64,000 nt of DNA from an uncultured Acidobacteriota bacterium (GCA_963770895.1 CAVYRF010000002.1:5280001-5344000), one strand, 5' to 3'. Counted from the first letter of the stretch, positions 48,957 to 58,408 are shown. The notes: generated from the letters alone by a model not told the origin. Translations and numbers: made by a program.

Positions 48957-49121
48957 TTACCAGGGGTTCGGCTCTGGCTCTTTCTTCGCCCAGGGGTTCG
49001 GCTCGGGCTCGAAAAAGATCGGCAGGGACGTGAGCCGTGCCGGGCGCACCCCACCGTGGGCGCCGGTCAGCTGGCGGCCGGCGATCTCGGCCAGTTGCCG
49101 TGAAGCGGTGATCTTCTTCAT
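48957..49121 (-). CDS. putative peptide precursor with GG leader and tandem EPEPNPW repeat, 54 aa, absent from the ORF track
   Basis: AAGGAG RBS; hand translation MKKITASRQLAEIAGRQLTGAHGG-VRPARLTSLPIFFEPEPNPWAKKEPEPNPW. Confidence 0.75.
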   Translation of the reverse strand: MKKITASRQLAEIAGRQLTGAHGGVRPARLTSLPIFFEPEPNPWAKKEPEPNPW

Positions 49122-49320
49122 CTCAATCTCCTTTCGATCCTGCGTCGTTCAACCTTCGAGATAAGATGCGTGATCCCGTGACGAACGGTGACACATCGGG
49201 CGCTATCGCTTCCTCGGATGCAGGCCATCAGTTGCTGCTGTCAGGGCCGATCGGCGGCCGAGGGCTCGCCTGAGGACCTTTCCGGCGCGGGACGGCGGCG
49301 AGTTGGCCAGGGGGACGACG

Positions 49321-51012
49321 ATGCTGATTCGGAGGGCTGTTTTGCTGCTCGGCCTGGGGTCCGTCTGCTTTGCTCACGCGGCGCTGCCGGCTGGGATGGC
49401 GGCTGCTCAGGATGGGGCTGCCGCGGCGGCGCGGGCGGCGCGGGTGTGGCGACAGGAGCATGAGCGGGAGGTGCTGCGGGAGTTCGTGGACCTGCTGGCG
49501 ATTCCCAACCTGGCCAGCGATACGGCGAACATCGGCCGCAACGCGGCGGCGATCCGGACGCTGATGGAGCGGCGCGGGCTGGTGGTGCGGGTGCTGACGC
49601 TGCCGGGGGAGCCGGGTGTGCCGCCGCTCCTGGTGGGTGACCTGGGGCCTGGGGCAACGGTCGGGCCGGCGGAGTCGGCTGGGTCGCCGGGACCTGCGGG
49701 GGTGCCGGGCGCGGCGGGCGGCGGCCCGGCGACCGCGGCGCCGGCGACAGCGACGGCTGGCGGCGGGGTGGGACGGCGGCTACGGACGGTGGCGTTTTAC
49801 GCCCACTACGACGGCCAGCCGGTGGACGCGGCGCAGTGGCGCAGTCCGCCGTGGACGCCGGTGATGCGGGATGCGCACGGCGGAGCGGTGGATTGGCAGG
49901 CGGCGCCGGCGATCGATCCCGAATGGCGGCTGTACGCGCGCTCGGCGGGCGACGACAAGGCGCCGGTGGTGGCGATGCTCGGGGCGCTCGATGCGCTGCG
50001 GGCCGGCGGGCGCGCGCCGGGGTTCCACCTGCGGCTGGTGTTCGAGGGCGAAGAGGAGGCGGGGTCGCCGCACCTGGCGGCCTACCTGGCGAAGTATCCC
50101 GAGGTGCTGCGGCCGGACGCGTGGGTGCTGTGCGACGGGCCGGTGCACCAGAGCCGGCGGGCGGAGCTGTTCTTCGGCGCCCGCGGCACGACGTCGGTCG
50201 ACCTGACGGTCTACGGGCCGATCAAGGGGCTGCACGACGGCCACTACGGCAATTGGGTGCCGAACCCGGCGGCGCGCCTGGCGCGGCTGCTGGCGGCGAT
50301 GCGCGACGACGACGGGCGCATCCTGATTCCGGGCTTCTACGACGACGTCAAGCCGGCCACGGCCGCCGAGGTGGCGGCGGCGGATGCGGTGCCGGCGGTC
50401 GAAGCCGACCTGCGGCGCGAGTTCGAGATCGCCAGCGGCGAGGGCGGCGGCAAGCCGCTCAACGAGCTGTTGATGCTGCCGGCGCTCAACATCCGCGGGC
50501 TGCTGGCGGGGCACGTGGGCGAGATGGCGTCGAACACCATCGAGACCGAGGCGCGGGCGTCGATCGACTTCCGCCTGGTGCCGGCGGAGACGCCCGATTC
50601 GGTGCGCCAGCGGTTCGAGCGCTTTGTGGCGGCGCAAGGATGGACGGTGGTGCGCGACACACCCGACGCCGCGGCGCGCGCCGCCCATGCCAAGCTGATC
50701 AAGCTGCAGTGGGGATCCGGTTATCCGCCGGCGCGCACGCCGCTCAGCCTGCCGCTGTCGCGCGACATCGCCGCGGCGATGACCGCCGCCGGCCACGACC
50801 CGGTGCGCCTGCCGACCGTCGGCGGCAGCATCCCGATGTATCTGTTCCAGGAGCCCGACGACACGCCGGTGATCGGCCTGCCGATCGCCAACCACGACGA
50901 CAATCAGCACGCCGCCGACGAGAACCTGCGCCTGCAGAATCTGTGGGACGGCATCGAGATCTACGCCGCGATCTTCGCCTCGCTGGACCGCGGTAGTGTC
51001 CCGCCCGGTTAA
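49321..51012 (+). CDS. secreted M20/M25/M40 metallopeptidase
   Basis: YAHYDGQP, ARSAGDDK, EGEEEAGS, DNQHAADEN. Confidence 0.9.
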   Translation: MLIRRAVLLLGLGSVCFAHAALPAGMAAAQDGAAAAARAARVWRQEHEREVLREFVDLLAIPNLASDTANIGRNAAAIRTLMERRGLVVRVLTLPGEPGVPPLLVGDLGPGATVGPAESAGSPGPAGVPGAAGGGPATAAPATATAGGGVGRRLRTVAFYAHYDGQPVDAAQWRSPPWTPVMRDAHGGAVDWQAAPAIDPEWRLYARSAGDDKAPVVAMLGALDALRAGGRAPGFHLRLVFEGEEEAGSPHLAAYLAKYPEVLRPDAWVLCDGPVHQSRRAELFFGARGTTSVDLTVYGPIKGLHDGHYGNWVPNPAARLARLLAAMRDDDGRILIPGFYDDVKPATAAEVAAADAVPAVEADLRREFEIASGEGGGKPLNELLMLPALNIRGLLAGHVGEMASNTIETEARASIDFRLVPAETPDSVRQRFERFVAAQGWTVVRDTPDAAARAAHAKLIKLQWGSGYPPARTPLSLPLSRDIAAAMTAAGHDPVRLPTVGGSIPMYLFQEPDDTPVIGLPIANHDDNQHAADENLRLQNLWDGIEIYAAIFASLDRGSVPPG

Positions 51013-51156
51013 TTCGCATGGTAGTCGCGCCGCAATCCGGTCCTCTGGCAAGGCGCGCCGACGCAGGCATAGTCGAACCTATGTCGAGGAGGCGCAACGC
51101 CGCCAGGGGGCCGGAGGGCAAGCGAATACTATGCGAGTTAACCGGGCGGGACACTA
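50994..51156. mobile_element. 163-bp MITE-like element; 26-bp inverted ends (1 mismatch) including terminal TA
   Basis: TAGTGTCCCGCCCGGTTAATTCGCAT ... ATGCGAGTTAACCGGGCGGGACACTA; no transposase. Confidence 0.85.
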
Positions 51157-51260
51157 GCCCTGAGCCGGGGCGCGGTTGCGCTCCGGCGCGCCGGCATGGG
51201 CGCCGGGCGCCTTCCATACCCGCTTGGATGGCGTCGTGCTTGTGGTGCGGGGGGGTGGGC

Positions 51261-51300
51261 TTGACGGCGGCCTGCCGGATGCTTACTATACGGCGTATAG
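51261..51300 (+). promoter_or_regulatory. sigma70 promoter with overlapping palindromic operator (probable TetR site)
   Basis: TTGACG-17 nt-TACTAT; perfect palindrome CTATACG-G-CGTATAG at 51286-51300. Confidence 0.8.
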
Positions 51301-51315
51301 CAGGTGCCGCCGCCC

Positions 51316-51993
51316 ATGGAATCCGAAGCCAATCCCAACTCCCAGCCAGGCCGCCGGTGCCGCGCCGATCACAAGGAATCGGTGCGGCGGGTGATCCTGG
51401 ATGCGGCTCGCGAGCTGTTCGTCTGCGAGGGATATGGCAATGTTTCGCTGCGCAAGATCGCGGCACGGATCGGCTACACGCCCATGGCGATCTATGTTCA
51501 CTTTCGTGACAAGTCAGAGATTCTGGACTGTATCTGCGAGGAGACTTTCAGCTGCTTTCAGGCCAATGCGGAGCGGCTCGACGCCCTGGCGCTGCCGCCG
51601 CTGGAGCGGTTGGCGGCAGGTCTGCGCTTCTTCATCGACTTCGGCTTGCAGCACCCACACCACTACCAGCTGACGTTCATGACTCCGCACTGCGGCGAAC
51701 AACCGCTCGGGCGGCGCAGGGACATCGGCATCGGCTGCTACGAAAAGATGCGTCAGCGGGTGGGCCGCTGCATGGGGATGGGCGGCAACGCGGAGCATCC
51801 CGCGGCGGCGGACGATCCGGCGGTCGAGCGGGCGGCGCAGGCGATCTGCACCTCGGTGCACGGGTTGGTGTCGCTGCTGATCGCGTGGCCCGAATTCCCG
51901 TGGGTGGAGCGTGAGAAGCTGATCGAAACTGTGATCCAGGGGGCGTTGCAGCAAACCCAGCCTGGGCGGATGTTGCAGCGCGCCGCATCCTGA
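51316..51993 (+). CDS. TetR/AcrR family regulator
   Basis: ILDAARELF..EGY..VSLRKIA..IGYTPMAIYVHFRDK. Confidence 0.95.
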   Translation: MESEANPNSQPGRRCRADHKESVRRVILDAARELFVCEGYGNVSLRKIAARIGYTPMAIYVHFRDKSEILDCICEETFSCFQANAERLDALALPPLERLAAGLRFFIDFGLQHPHHYQLTFMTPHCGEQPLGRRRDIGIGCYEKMRQRVGRCMGMGGNAEHPAAADDPAVERAAQAICTSVHGLVSLLIAWPEFPWVEREKLIETVIQGALQQTQPGRMLQRAAS

Positions 51994-52053
51994 CGCCCGC
52001 CGTCTCCCCGTCATTTCTGAACCTGTCGCGCTGCCTTCAGCGAGGCCTTTGCG

Positions 52054-53652
52054 ATGACCAGTGCCGCCGTCGCCGCACCTCTTCCCGAGGAGCGGCTGCT
52101 GAACCCCTGGCTGGTGTCGATGATCGTGGTGCTCGCCACGTTCATGGAGGTGCTCGACACCAGCATCGCCAACGTGTCGCTGCCGCACATCGCGGGCAGC
52201 CTCGCGGCGAGCACCGACGAAAGCACCTGGGTGTTGACCTCCTACCTGGTGGCCAACGCCATCGTGCTGCCGCTGTCGGGGTGGTTTTCCAACACCTTCG
52301 GCCGCAAACGCTTTTACATGACGTGCGTGGTGCTGTTCACCGCCAGCTCGTTTCTGTGCGGCCTGGCGCCCAGCCTGCCGCTGCTGATCTTTTTCCGCGT
52401 GCTGCAGGGGTTGGGCGGCGGCGGCCTGCAGCCCAGCGCCCAGGCCATCCTGGCCGACGCCTTCCCGCCCGAAAAGCGCGGCATGGGCTTTTCGGTGTAC
52501 GCCATGGCGGTGGTCTTCGCGCCGGCGATCGGCCCGACCCTGGGCGGCTGGATCACCGACAACTTCAATTGGCGCTGGATCTTTTACATCAACGTGCCGG
52601 TCGGCATCGTGTCGTTCGTGCTCACCGGCGCGCTGATCAAGGACCCGGCCTACCTGGTGGAACGCGTCAAGCAGCTGCGCGGCAGGATCCGCGTCGACTT
52701 CATCGGCATGGGGCTGCTCACCCTCTGCCTGGGCTTCCTGCAGGTGGTGCTGGACAAGGGGCAGGAAGACGACTGGTTCGGCTCCAACCTGATCGCCTGG
52801 TCGTCGGCGATCTCGCTGGCGGCGTTTCTGGCGGTGATCTGGTGGGAGCTGCGGATCGAAAACCCCATCGTCGACCTGCGGCTGTTCCGCGAGCGCAACT
52901 TTGCCATGTCCAACGTGCTGATCTTCGGCCTGGGCTTTGCCCTGTTCGGCAGCACCGTGCTGGTGCCGCAGTTCCTGCAGGCGCTGATGGGATACTCGGC
53001 GACGGAAAGCGGCAAGGTGCTGTCGCCGTCGGGCGTGGTGGTCATGCTGATCCTGCCGATCACCGGCCTGGCGATCAATCGGGTGGGGCCGCGGGCGCTG
53101 ATCGCCGTCGGGCTGGTGATCGCCGGCGTCTCGCTGTGGCTGACCTCGCACATCGACCTGCAGGTCGACTACTGGACGGTGACCTGGTACCGCATCCTGC
53201 AGGGCGTCGGCATCGCGTTCCTGTTCGTGCCGATCAGCACCGTGTCGTTTTCGCGCCTGCCGCCTGAAAAGAGCAACGCCGCGTCGGCGCTGTTCAACCT
53301 GGCGCGCAACCTGGGGGCCAGCTTCGGCATCGCCACGGTGACGACGCTGGTCGTGCGACAGACCCAGGTTCACACCAACCGCCTGGTGTCGCACATCGCG
53401 GCGGGCAACCCGCAATACAACCAGCTGATCGCCGGGTTGACCCAGCGGTTGACGCGAGCCGGCGCTTCGGCGTACGACGCCGGCCGCCAGGCCACGGCCC
53501 TGGTGGCGCAGACGGTCGGGCAGCAGGCGGGGGCGCTCGCCTACCTGGATGCCTTCCGCTTCGTATCGATCGCCTGCTTCGTCATGCTGCCGCTGGCGTT
53601 TCTGATCAAGAAGGTCCCGCTTGGCAAGGGGGGACCGGTACACGTCGACTGA
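52054..53652 (+). CDS. DHA2 (EmrB-like) MFS efflux permease
   Basis: FMEVLDTSIANVSLP, WVLTSYL, FRVLQGLGGG, GPTLGGWITD.F.WRWIFYINVPVG. Confidence 0.95.
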   Translation: MTSAAVAAPLPEERLLNPWLVSMIVVLATFMEVLDTSIANVSLPHIAGSLAASTDESTWVLTSYLVANAIVLPLSGWFSNTFGRKRFYMTCVVLFTASSFLCGLAPSLPLLIFFRVLQGLGGGGLQPSAQAILADAFPPEKRGMGFSVYAMAVVFAPAIGPTLGGWITDNFNWRWIFYINVPVGIVSFVLTGALIKDPAYLVERVKQLRGRIRVDFIGMGLLTLCLGFLQVVLDKGQEDDWFGSNLIAWSSAISLAAFLAVIWWELRIENPIVDLRLFRERNFAMSNVLIFGLGFALFGSTVLVPQFLQALMGYSATESGKVLSPSGVVVMLILPITGLAINRVGPRALIAVGLVIAGVSLWLTSHIDLQVDYWTVTWYRILQGVGIAFLFVPISTVSFSRLPPEKSNAASALFNLARNLGASFGIATVTTLVVRQTQVHTNRLVSHIAAGNPQYNQLIAGLTQRLTRAGASAYDAGRQATALVAQTVGQQAGALAYLDAFRFVSIACFVMLPLAFLIKKVPLGKGGPVHVD

Positions 53653-53737
53653 ATCGGAAGCTGGCCAGGCCGGCGGCGCTCCGGCATGGGCGCGCCGCCT
53701 GGTGCGGCGCCGGCAACGTGGAGGGGACAACGCTGTG

Positions 53738-55246
53738 ATGGATACCTTTACAACCAGGACCTTGAGGGGGGCGCTCGGCGCCGCCGCCTTATGCGTGTGC
53801 GCATTGGCGGCGGTGGCGGCGGCGACGGCGCCGCTTGCCGCGCAGGGCCCTCCGGGCCTCAACCTGAGCAATATCAATACGCCGATCCCGGCGGCGCCGT
53901 CGGCGCAGGCGATCGTCGGCGGCGACGCCAAGTACCAGGGGAGCGTGCCCAAGGGCCTTGCCACCGGCGAGGTGTTGCAGCTGTCGCTCGCCGAGGCGCT
54001 GGAGCGCGGCCTGCAAGCCAACCTGGGAGTGATCAGCCACGGGCTCGACAGCCAGGTGGCCCAGGCCGAGCGTGCGCGCCAGCTGTCGGCGCTGCTGCCG
54101 CAGGTGGGGGCGGCGGTGCGCCACCAGACCGGCACCCTCAGCCTGGTGACGTTCGGTTTTCACCTGCCGGGCTTCCCGGAGGTGATCGGACCGTTCAGCT
54201 ACCAGGATGCGCGCGTCCAGTTGACCGAGCAGCTCAACCTCAACGGCATGCGCGCGTTCGAATCGGCCAAGGAATCGGCGCGCGCCGCCGACCTGACGTT
54301 TGCCGACGCGCGCGAGCTGGTGGTGGTGGTGGTGGGCGGCGCCTACTACCAGGTGGTGGCGAGCGCGGCGCGCGTCGAATCGACGCAGGCGCAGCTCGAC
54401 GCGTCGCAGTCGCTCGAATCGCTGGCGACCAACCAGGTGCAGTCGGGCCTGACGCCGAACATCGACAGCTTTCGCGCCACGGTGCAGCGGCAGACCGACC
54501 AGCAGCGGCTGGCGGTGGCCCAGGCGCAGTTCGAAAAGGACAAGCTGACCCTGGGCCGCCTGATCGGCCTGCCGGCCGGCCAGCGCGTGGCGCTCACCAC
54601 GCCGGTGCCCTACGTGCCGTGGAACGGTCCCGGCGAGGACGACGCGATCAAGCTCGCGTATGGTGCGCGCTACGACCTGAAGAGCGCCGAGGCGGCGGTC
54701 AAGGCGGCCCAGCTGGCGCACGACGCGGCGTCGGCCGAGCGCCTGCCGAGCCTGATGCTGGAGGGCGACTACGGCCGCGTCGGCCACAACCTGGGCACGA
54801 CCGACGGCACCTATACGCTGATGGCGGGCGTCTCGGTGCCGATCTATGAAGGCGGGCGCATCAAGTCGGAGGTGGCGCGCGCCCAGGCGACGCTCGACCG
54901 CCGGCGCGCCGAATACGCCGACATCAAGAGCAAGGTGGACTACGAGGTGCGCAGCAACTTTTTGGACCTGCGGGCGGCGGAGACGTCGGTCGAGGTGGCG
55001 CGCCGCAACGTCGAGCTGGCGGAACAGACGCTGACCGTGGCAAAGGATCGCTTCGCCAACGGCGTCACCAACAACGTCGAGGTGGTGCTCGCCGAGCAGG
55101 ACGTGGCGGCGGCGCACGAAAACTATATTGCCAGCCTCTTCTCGCACAACTACACCAAGCTCGCGCTGCTGCGGGCAATGGGGCAGGTCGAGCAGGGGAT
55201 CAAGCAGTTCCTGAGTGGACAGGTTCCCCAGGGAGGGACACAGTAG
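53738..55246 (+). CDS. TolC-family outer membrane efflux protein
   Basis: Signal peptide; LSLAEALERGLQAN, LLPQV, VSVPIYEGG, DRFANGV. Confidence 0.9.
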   Translation: MDTFTTRTLRGALGAAALCVCALAAVAAATAPLAAQGPPGLNLSNINTPIPAAPSAQAIVGGDAKYQGSVPKGLATGEVLQLSLAEALERGLQANLGVISHGLDSQVAQAERARQLSALLPQVGAAVRHQTGTLSLVTFGFHLPGFPEVIGPFSYQDARVQLTEQLNLNGMRAFESAKESARAADLTFADARELVVVVVGGAYYQVVASAARVESTQAQLDASQSLESLATNQVQSGLTPNIDSFRATVQRQTDQQRLAVAQAQFEKDKLTLGRLIGLPAGQRVALTTPVPYVPWNGPGEDDAIKLAYGARYDLKSAEAAVKAAQLAHDAASAERLPSLMLEGDYGRVGHNLGTTDGTYTLMAGVSVPIYEGGRIKSEVARAQATLDRRRAEYADIKSKVDYEVRSNFLDLRAAETSVEVARRNVELAEQTLTVAKDRFANGVTNNVEVVLAEQDVAAAHENYIASLFSHNYTKLALLRAMGQVEQGIKQFLSGQVPQGGTQ

Positions 55247-55248
55247 CC

Positions 55249-56559
55249 ATGGCACAGGCAGAGGTTGAAACGCAAAGTCCGCCGCCAGCCGGCGGCCCCG
55301 CCGGCGCGCAGGGTGCGCCGCGGCCCCAGCAGGGCGGCGGCGGCGCGGCGGCTCCGGCAGCTCCCGGCGGTGGCAGCGCCCCTCGCAAGGGTATGTCTCC
55401 ACGCTTCCGGTTGATCGTCGGCATCGGTCTGGCGGTGGTGGTGATCGCGGGGCTGCTCTACTGGCTGCACGCGCGCCACTTCGAGGATACCGACGACGCC
55501 CAGGTGGACGGACACATCCACCCGATCAGCGCCCGCATCAACGGCACGGTGCTGGCGGTCGGCCCGGAGGTGGAGGAGAACCGCTACGTCGCCGCCGGCA
55601 CGGTGCTGGTGGACGTCGATCCGGCGGATTTCAAAGCCGAGGTGGCGCGGGCGCAGGCCGAGGTGGACCGGCTGAACCAGTCCGCCACGGCGTCGCGCGC
55701 CGACGTGCCGGTGCAGACCGCCAACGCGGTCGGCACGCTGCACGTCGCCGAAGCGATGGTGACCGAGGCGCGCCAGCAGGTCGAAGCGGCGCTGGCCAGC
55801 CTGGTGTCGGCCAAGGCGCGGGTGGCGCAGGCGCAGGCGACCGCCACCAAGACGGAGGCGGATCGCCAGCGCTATGCCAAGCTGCTCGACAAGCAGGAGA
55901 TCTCGCGCTCCGAGTACGACCAGCGGGAGACCGACGCGCGCAACGCCCAGTCGGCGCTCGACGGATCGAGCGCCGATCAGGTGGGGGCGATGGCCAAGGT
56001 GGCGCAGCAGCGCGCGGCGCTGGCGCAGCAGGAGGCGAACCTGACCAAGGCGCGCACCGCGCCGCAGCAGATCGAGGAGTCGCAGGCGCGTTCGGGGTCG
56101 GCCAACGCCGACCTGGCGCGCGCCCAGGCGCAGCTGGAGACGGCCAAGCTCAACCTGTCCTACACCCACATCGTGGCGCCGGTGTCGGGCATCATCGGCC
56201 GCAAGGCGGTCGAATCGGGGCAGCGCGTGCAGCCCGGCCAGGAGCTGGTGACCATCGTGCAGACCGACGACGTGTGGATCACCGCCAACTTCAAGGAAAC
56301 CCAGCTGCGGTTCATGCGGCCCGGCCAGCCGGCCGACATCCACGTCGACAGCTACGGCGCCAACCTGACGGGCAAGGTGGAGAGCATCGCCGCCGCCACC
56401 GGCGCCCGCTTCAGCCTGCTGCCGCCGGAGAACGCCTCCGGCAACTTCGTCAAGGTGGTGCAGCGCCTGCCGGTGCGCATCCGGCTGGACCAGGCGCCGG
56501 ACCCGCAGCACCCGCTGCGGCCCGGCATGTCGGTGGACGCGACGGTCAGGGTGCGGTGA
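55249..56559 (+). CDS. EmrA/HlyD-family membrane fusion protein
   Basis: TDDAQVDG, IVAPVSG, ANFKETQL, FSLLPPENASGNFVKVVQRLPVRI. Confidence 0.95.
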   Translation: MAQAEVETQSPPPAGGPAGAQGAPRPQQGGGGAAAPAAPGGGSAPRKGMSPRFRLIVGIGLAVVVIAGLLYWLHARHFEDTDDAQVDGHIHPISARINGTVLAVGPEVEENRYVAAGTVLVDVDPADFKAEVARAQAEVDRLNQSATASRADVPVQTANAVGTLHVAEAMVTEARQQVEAALASLVSAKARVAQAQATATKTEADRQRYAKLLDKQEISRSEYDQRETDARNAQSALDGSSADQVGAMAKVAQQRAALAQQEANLTKARTAPQQIEESQARSGSANADLARAQAQLETAKLNLSYTHIVAPVSGIIGRKAVESGQRVQPGQELVTIVQTDDVWITANFKETQLRFMRPGQPADIHVDSYGANLTGKVESIAAATGARFSLLPPENASGNFVKVVQRLPVRIRLDQAPDPQHPLRPGMSVDATVRVR

Positions 56560-56575
56560 GCGACGGGACGGTGGC

Positions 56576-56590
56576 GGCGAGCGTATTGCA
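56576..56590 (+). promoter_or_regulatory. possible sigma54 promoter
   Basis: GG-N10-GC with TTGCA (GGCGAGCGTATTGCA) upstream of a GGAGG RBS. Confidence 0.4.
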
Positions 56591-56621
56591 TGGACTGTGA
56601 CGGATGGGAGGTAGAGCGAAC

Positions 56622-56939
56622 ATGACGACCCACAAAAAGCCGCCGCACGACGACCGCGACCCGGCCGGTGCGCGCGGCGAAGACTGGACGGTTGCGCCGA
56701 CGCCGCGGGGGCGCGGTCTGGGTCCTGAGTCGGCCGGCCAGTCCGGCGACACCATGGGGCTGTCGCGCGACGAAGAGGCGGATGGCGAAAGCGTCGAAGA
56801 GCTGGTCGAAGAGGGGCAGGCCTACGAAGCCTCGGTGATCAGCGGCGTCGAAAACGCCCCCGATGCCGACCGCGGCGGCGTGCGCACCCACCAGGTGCCC
56901 GAAGACGACGTGCCGCAGGAGTACCTGGACCAGGATTGA
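56622..56939 (+). CDS. small acidic hypothetical protein
   Basis: GGAGG RBS; SAGQSGD..GLS..EEAD.ESVEELVEEGQAYEA...VPEDDVPQEY. Confidence 0.75.
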   Translation: MTTHKKPPHDDRDPAGARGEDWTVAPTPRGRGLGPESAGQSGDTMGLSRDEEADGESVEELVEEGQAYEASVISGVENAPDADRGGVRTHQVPEDDVPQEYLDQD

Positions 56940-56985
56940 GGCGGGCGGCACTTGGGCAGGGCCGGTGTGCCGCTGCCGCGCCGGC

Positions 56986-58302
56986 TCAGGGCGCCCGCTC
57001 TGGGCTCCCGAACAGCAGACTCAGGTCATTGGGGTGGCCGGCAGCGGGCGCCAGGGTGATGTCCTGCGGCAGGTAGCGACCGCGCACCCAGACGACCTGC
57101 TGGGTGTCGACGTCGTCGGTCAGGCGTTGCTCGGCGCTCCTCAAGGATTCGGGGCGGTTCACCTGGGTGACGTCGCCCCAGGCGGCGAAGCGCGAGGGGT
57201 CGCCCGGAGTCCACACGAAGAGCGGCACGCCGGTGGCTTTCAGGTAGGCGCGCACCAACTCCGGAGCAAAATCGCTATGGTCCGTGGTGGCGTCGGCACC
57301 CAGCAGCAGCAGCACGGCGCGGGCGGTCTGGTAGCCCAGGGCGTGCACGCCGGCGGCGGCCACGGCGTCGGCCAGGCGCGGCGGGCCGGTGGGCCCGGGC
57401 TTCATGTCGGGCAGCAGCGTCATCTCGTAGAACGGCTTGGCGAAGGGGAAGCCCTTGGTCATGTCGAATATTTCGGCCAGGCCGTCGGGGCTCTTGTAGA
57501 CCCGCGCCGCCGGCGACACGTAGTGAAATAGAAAAGGACGGTTAAAGTCCGGCGTGTGCCAGAGCCCCAGCCGGCGGATCTGGTTGAGCGCCATGACAAA
57601 TTCCTGGGCGAATCCGGGCGAGCGCACGATGAACACGTGCGGCGCTTCCTGCTGCACGGTGGCGATTTCGAGCGGCTGGCCGGCGGCTGCAAAACGGCCG
57701 CGCAGGCTGTCCGGCCGGCGCGGCCGCTCCTGGCGCGGCGTGCGCACCGGCACCGCGGTCAGCTCGCTGGCGACGCCGCTGGCGTCGTCGCTGGTCAGCA
57801 CCAGCTCCTTGCGCGCCTCGACGTCGCCGGGAAACAGCACGCGCGCCGCCAGCACGTGGGCGGCGCCGACGGCGGGAAGCCGCACCTTGGCGCGTCCTTC
57901 GGCGTCGAGCGCGACGGGAGCGTCGTCGATCGTCAGGTGGATCTCGGTCGGCTGCTGGCCGGTGAAGCTGGTGGCGACCACGTGCGCCGTGCGCACCTCG
58001 CCGGCGTCCCCTTCCAGCAGGATCTGCGCCGCGCCGAGCGGGCGCGGCAGGTTGATCCACTGCCCGGTGTGCGCCACCTGGCTGCCGTCGGCCGCCAGGC
58101 CGCGCGCCTCCAGGTGGTGGGGCAGCAGCGCGGCACCCAGGTCGACGTCGGCCTGCCAGGGCGGATGGGCGATCCGGGCGACGCTCTTGCCGTCCAGCAC
58201 CAGCTCGATCGCCGCCACGCCGGGGCCTGCCGACAGCGCCACCGGCCGCGCGCCGTGCACCAGCCCCAGAAACAGCGTCAAAAAGGCGATTTCGGTTCCC
58301 AT
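56986..58302 (-). CDS. hypothetical protein (Ig-like N-terminus, degenerate VWA-like C-terminus)
   Basis: IAFLTLFLGLV.G, PPWQADVDLG..LLPH.L, LADAVAAAG, RAVLLLLG, GVPLFVW. Confidence 0.7.
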   Translation of the reverse strand: MGTEIAFLTLFLGLVHGARPVALSAGPGVAAIELVLDGKSVARIAHPPWQADVDLGAALLPHHLEARGLAADGSQVAHTGQWINLPRPLGAAQILLEGDAGEVRTAHVVATSFTGQQPTEIHLTIDDAPVALDAEGRAKVRLPAVGAAHVLAARVLFPGDVEARKELVLTSDDASGVASELTAVPVRTPRQERPRRPDSLRGRFAAAGQPLEIATVQQEAPHVFIVRSPGFAQEFVMALNQIRRLGLWHTPDFNRPFLFHYVSPAARVYKSPDGLAEIFDMTKGFPFAKPFYEMTLLPDMKPGPTGPPRLADAVAAAGVHALGYQTARAVLLLLGADATTDHSDFAPELVRAYLKATGVPLFVWTPGDPSRFAAWGDVTQVNRPESLRSAEQRLTDDVDTQQVVWVRGRYLPQDITLAPAAGHPNDLSLLFGSPERAP

Positions 58303-58408
58303 GCGGTCTGCCGCTCCCGGCCTCCCGGCCCCTTGTACCATTTCGAAATGCCGAAGAACCTGACGAGTTCCCAACGGCCCGGTGGCCGCCCGTGCCCGCG
58401 GGCGCGCT

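Noticed and set aside
48960-49010. 30-bp-period direct repeat as a mini-CRISPR or att site
   Set aside because: Only two copies, and explained by the EPEPNPW coding repeat on the minus strand
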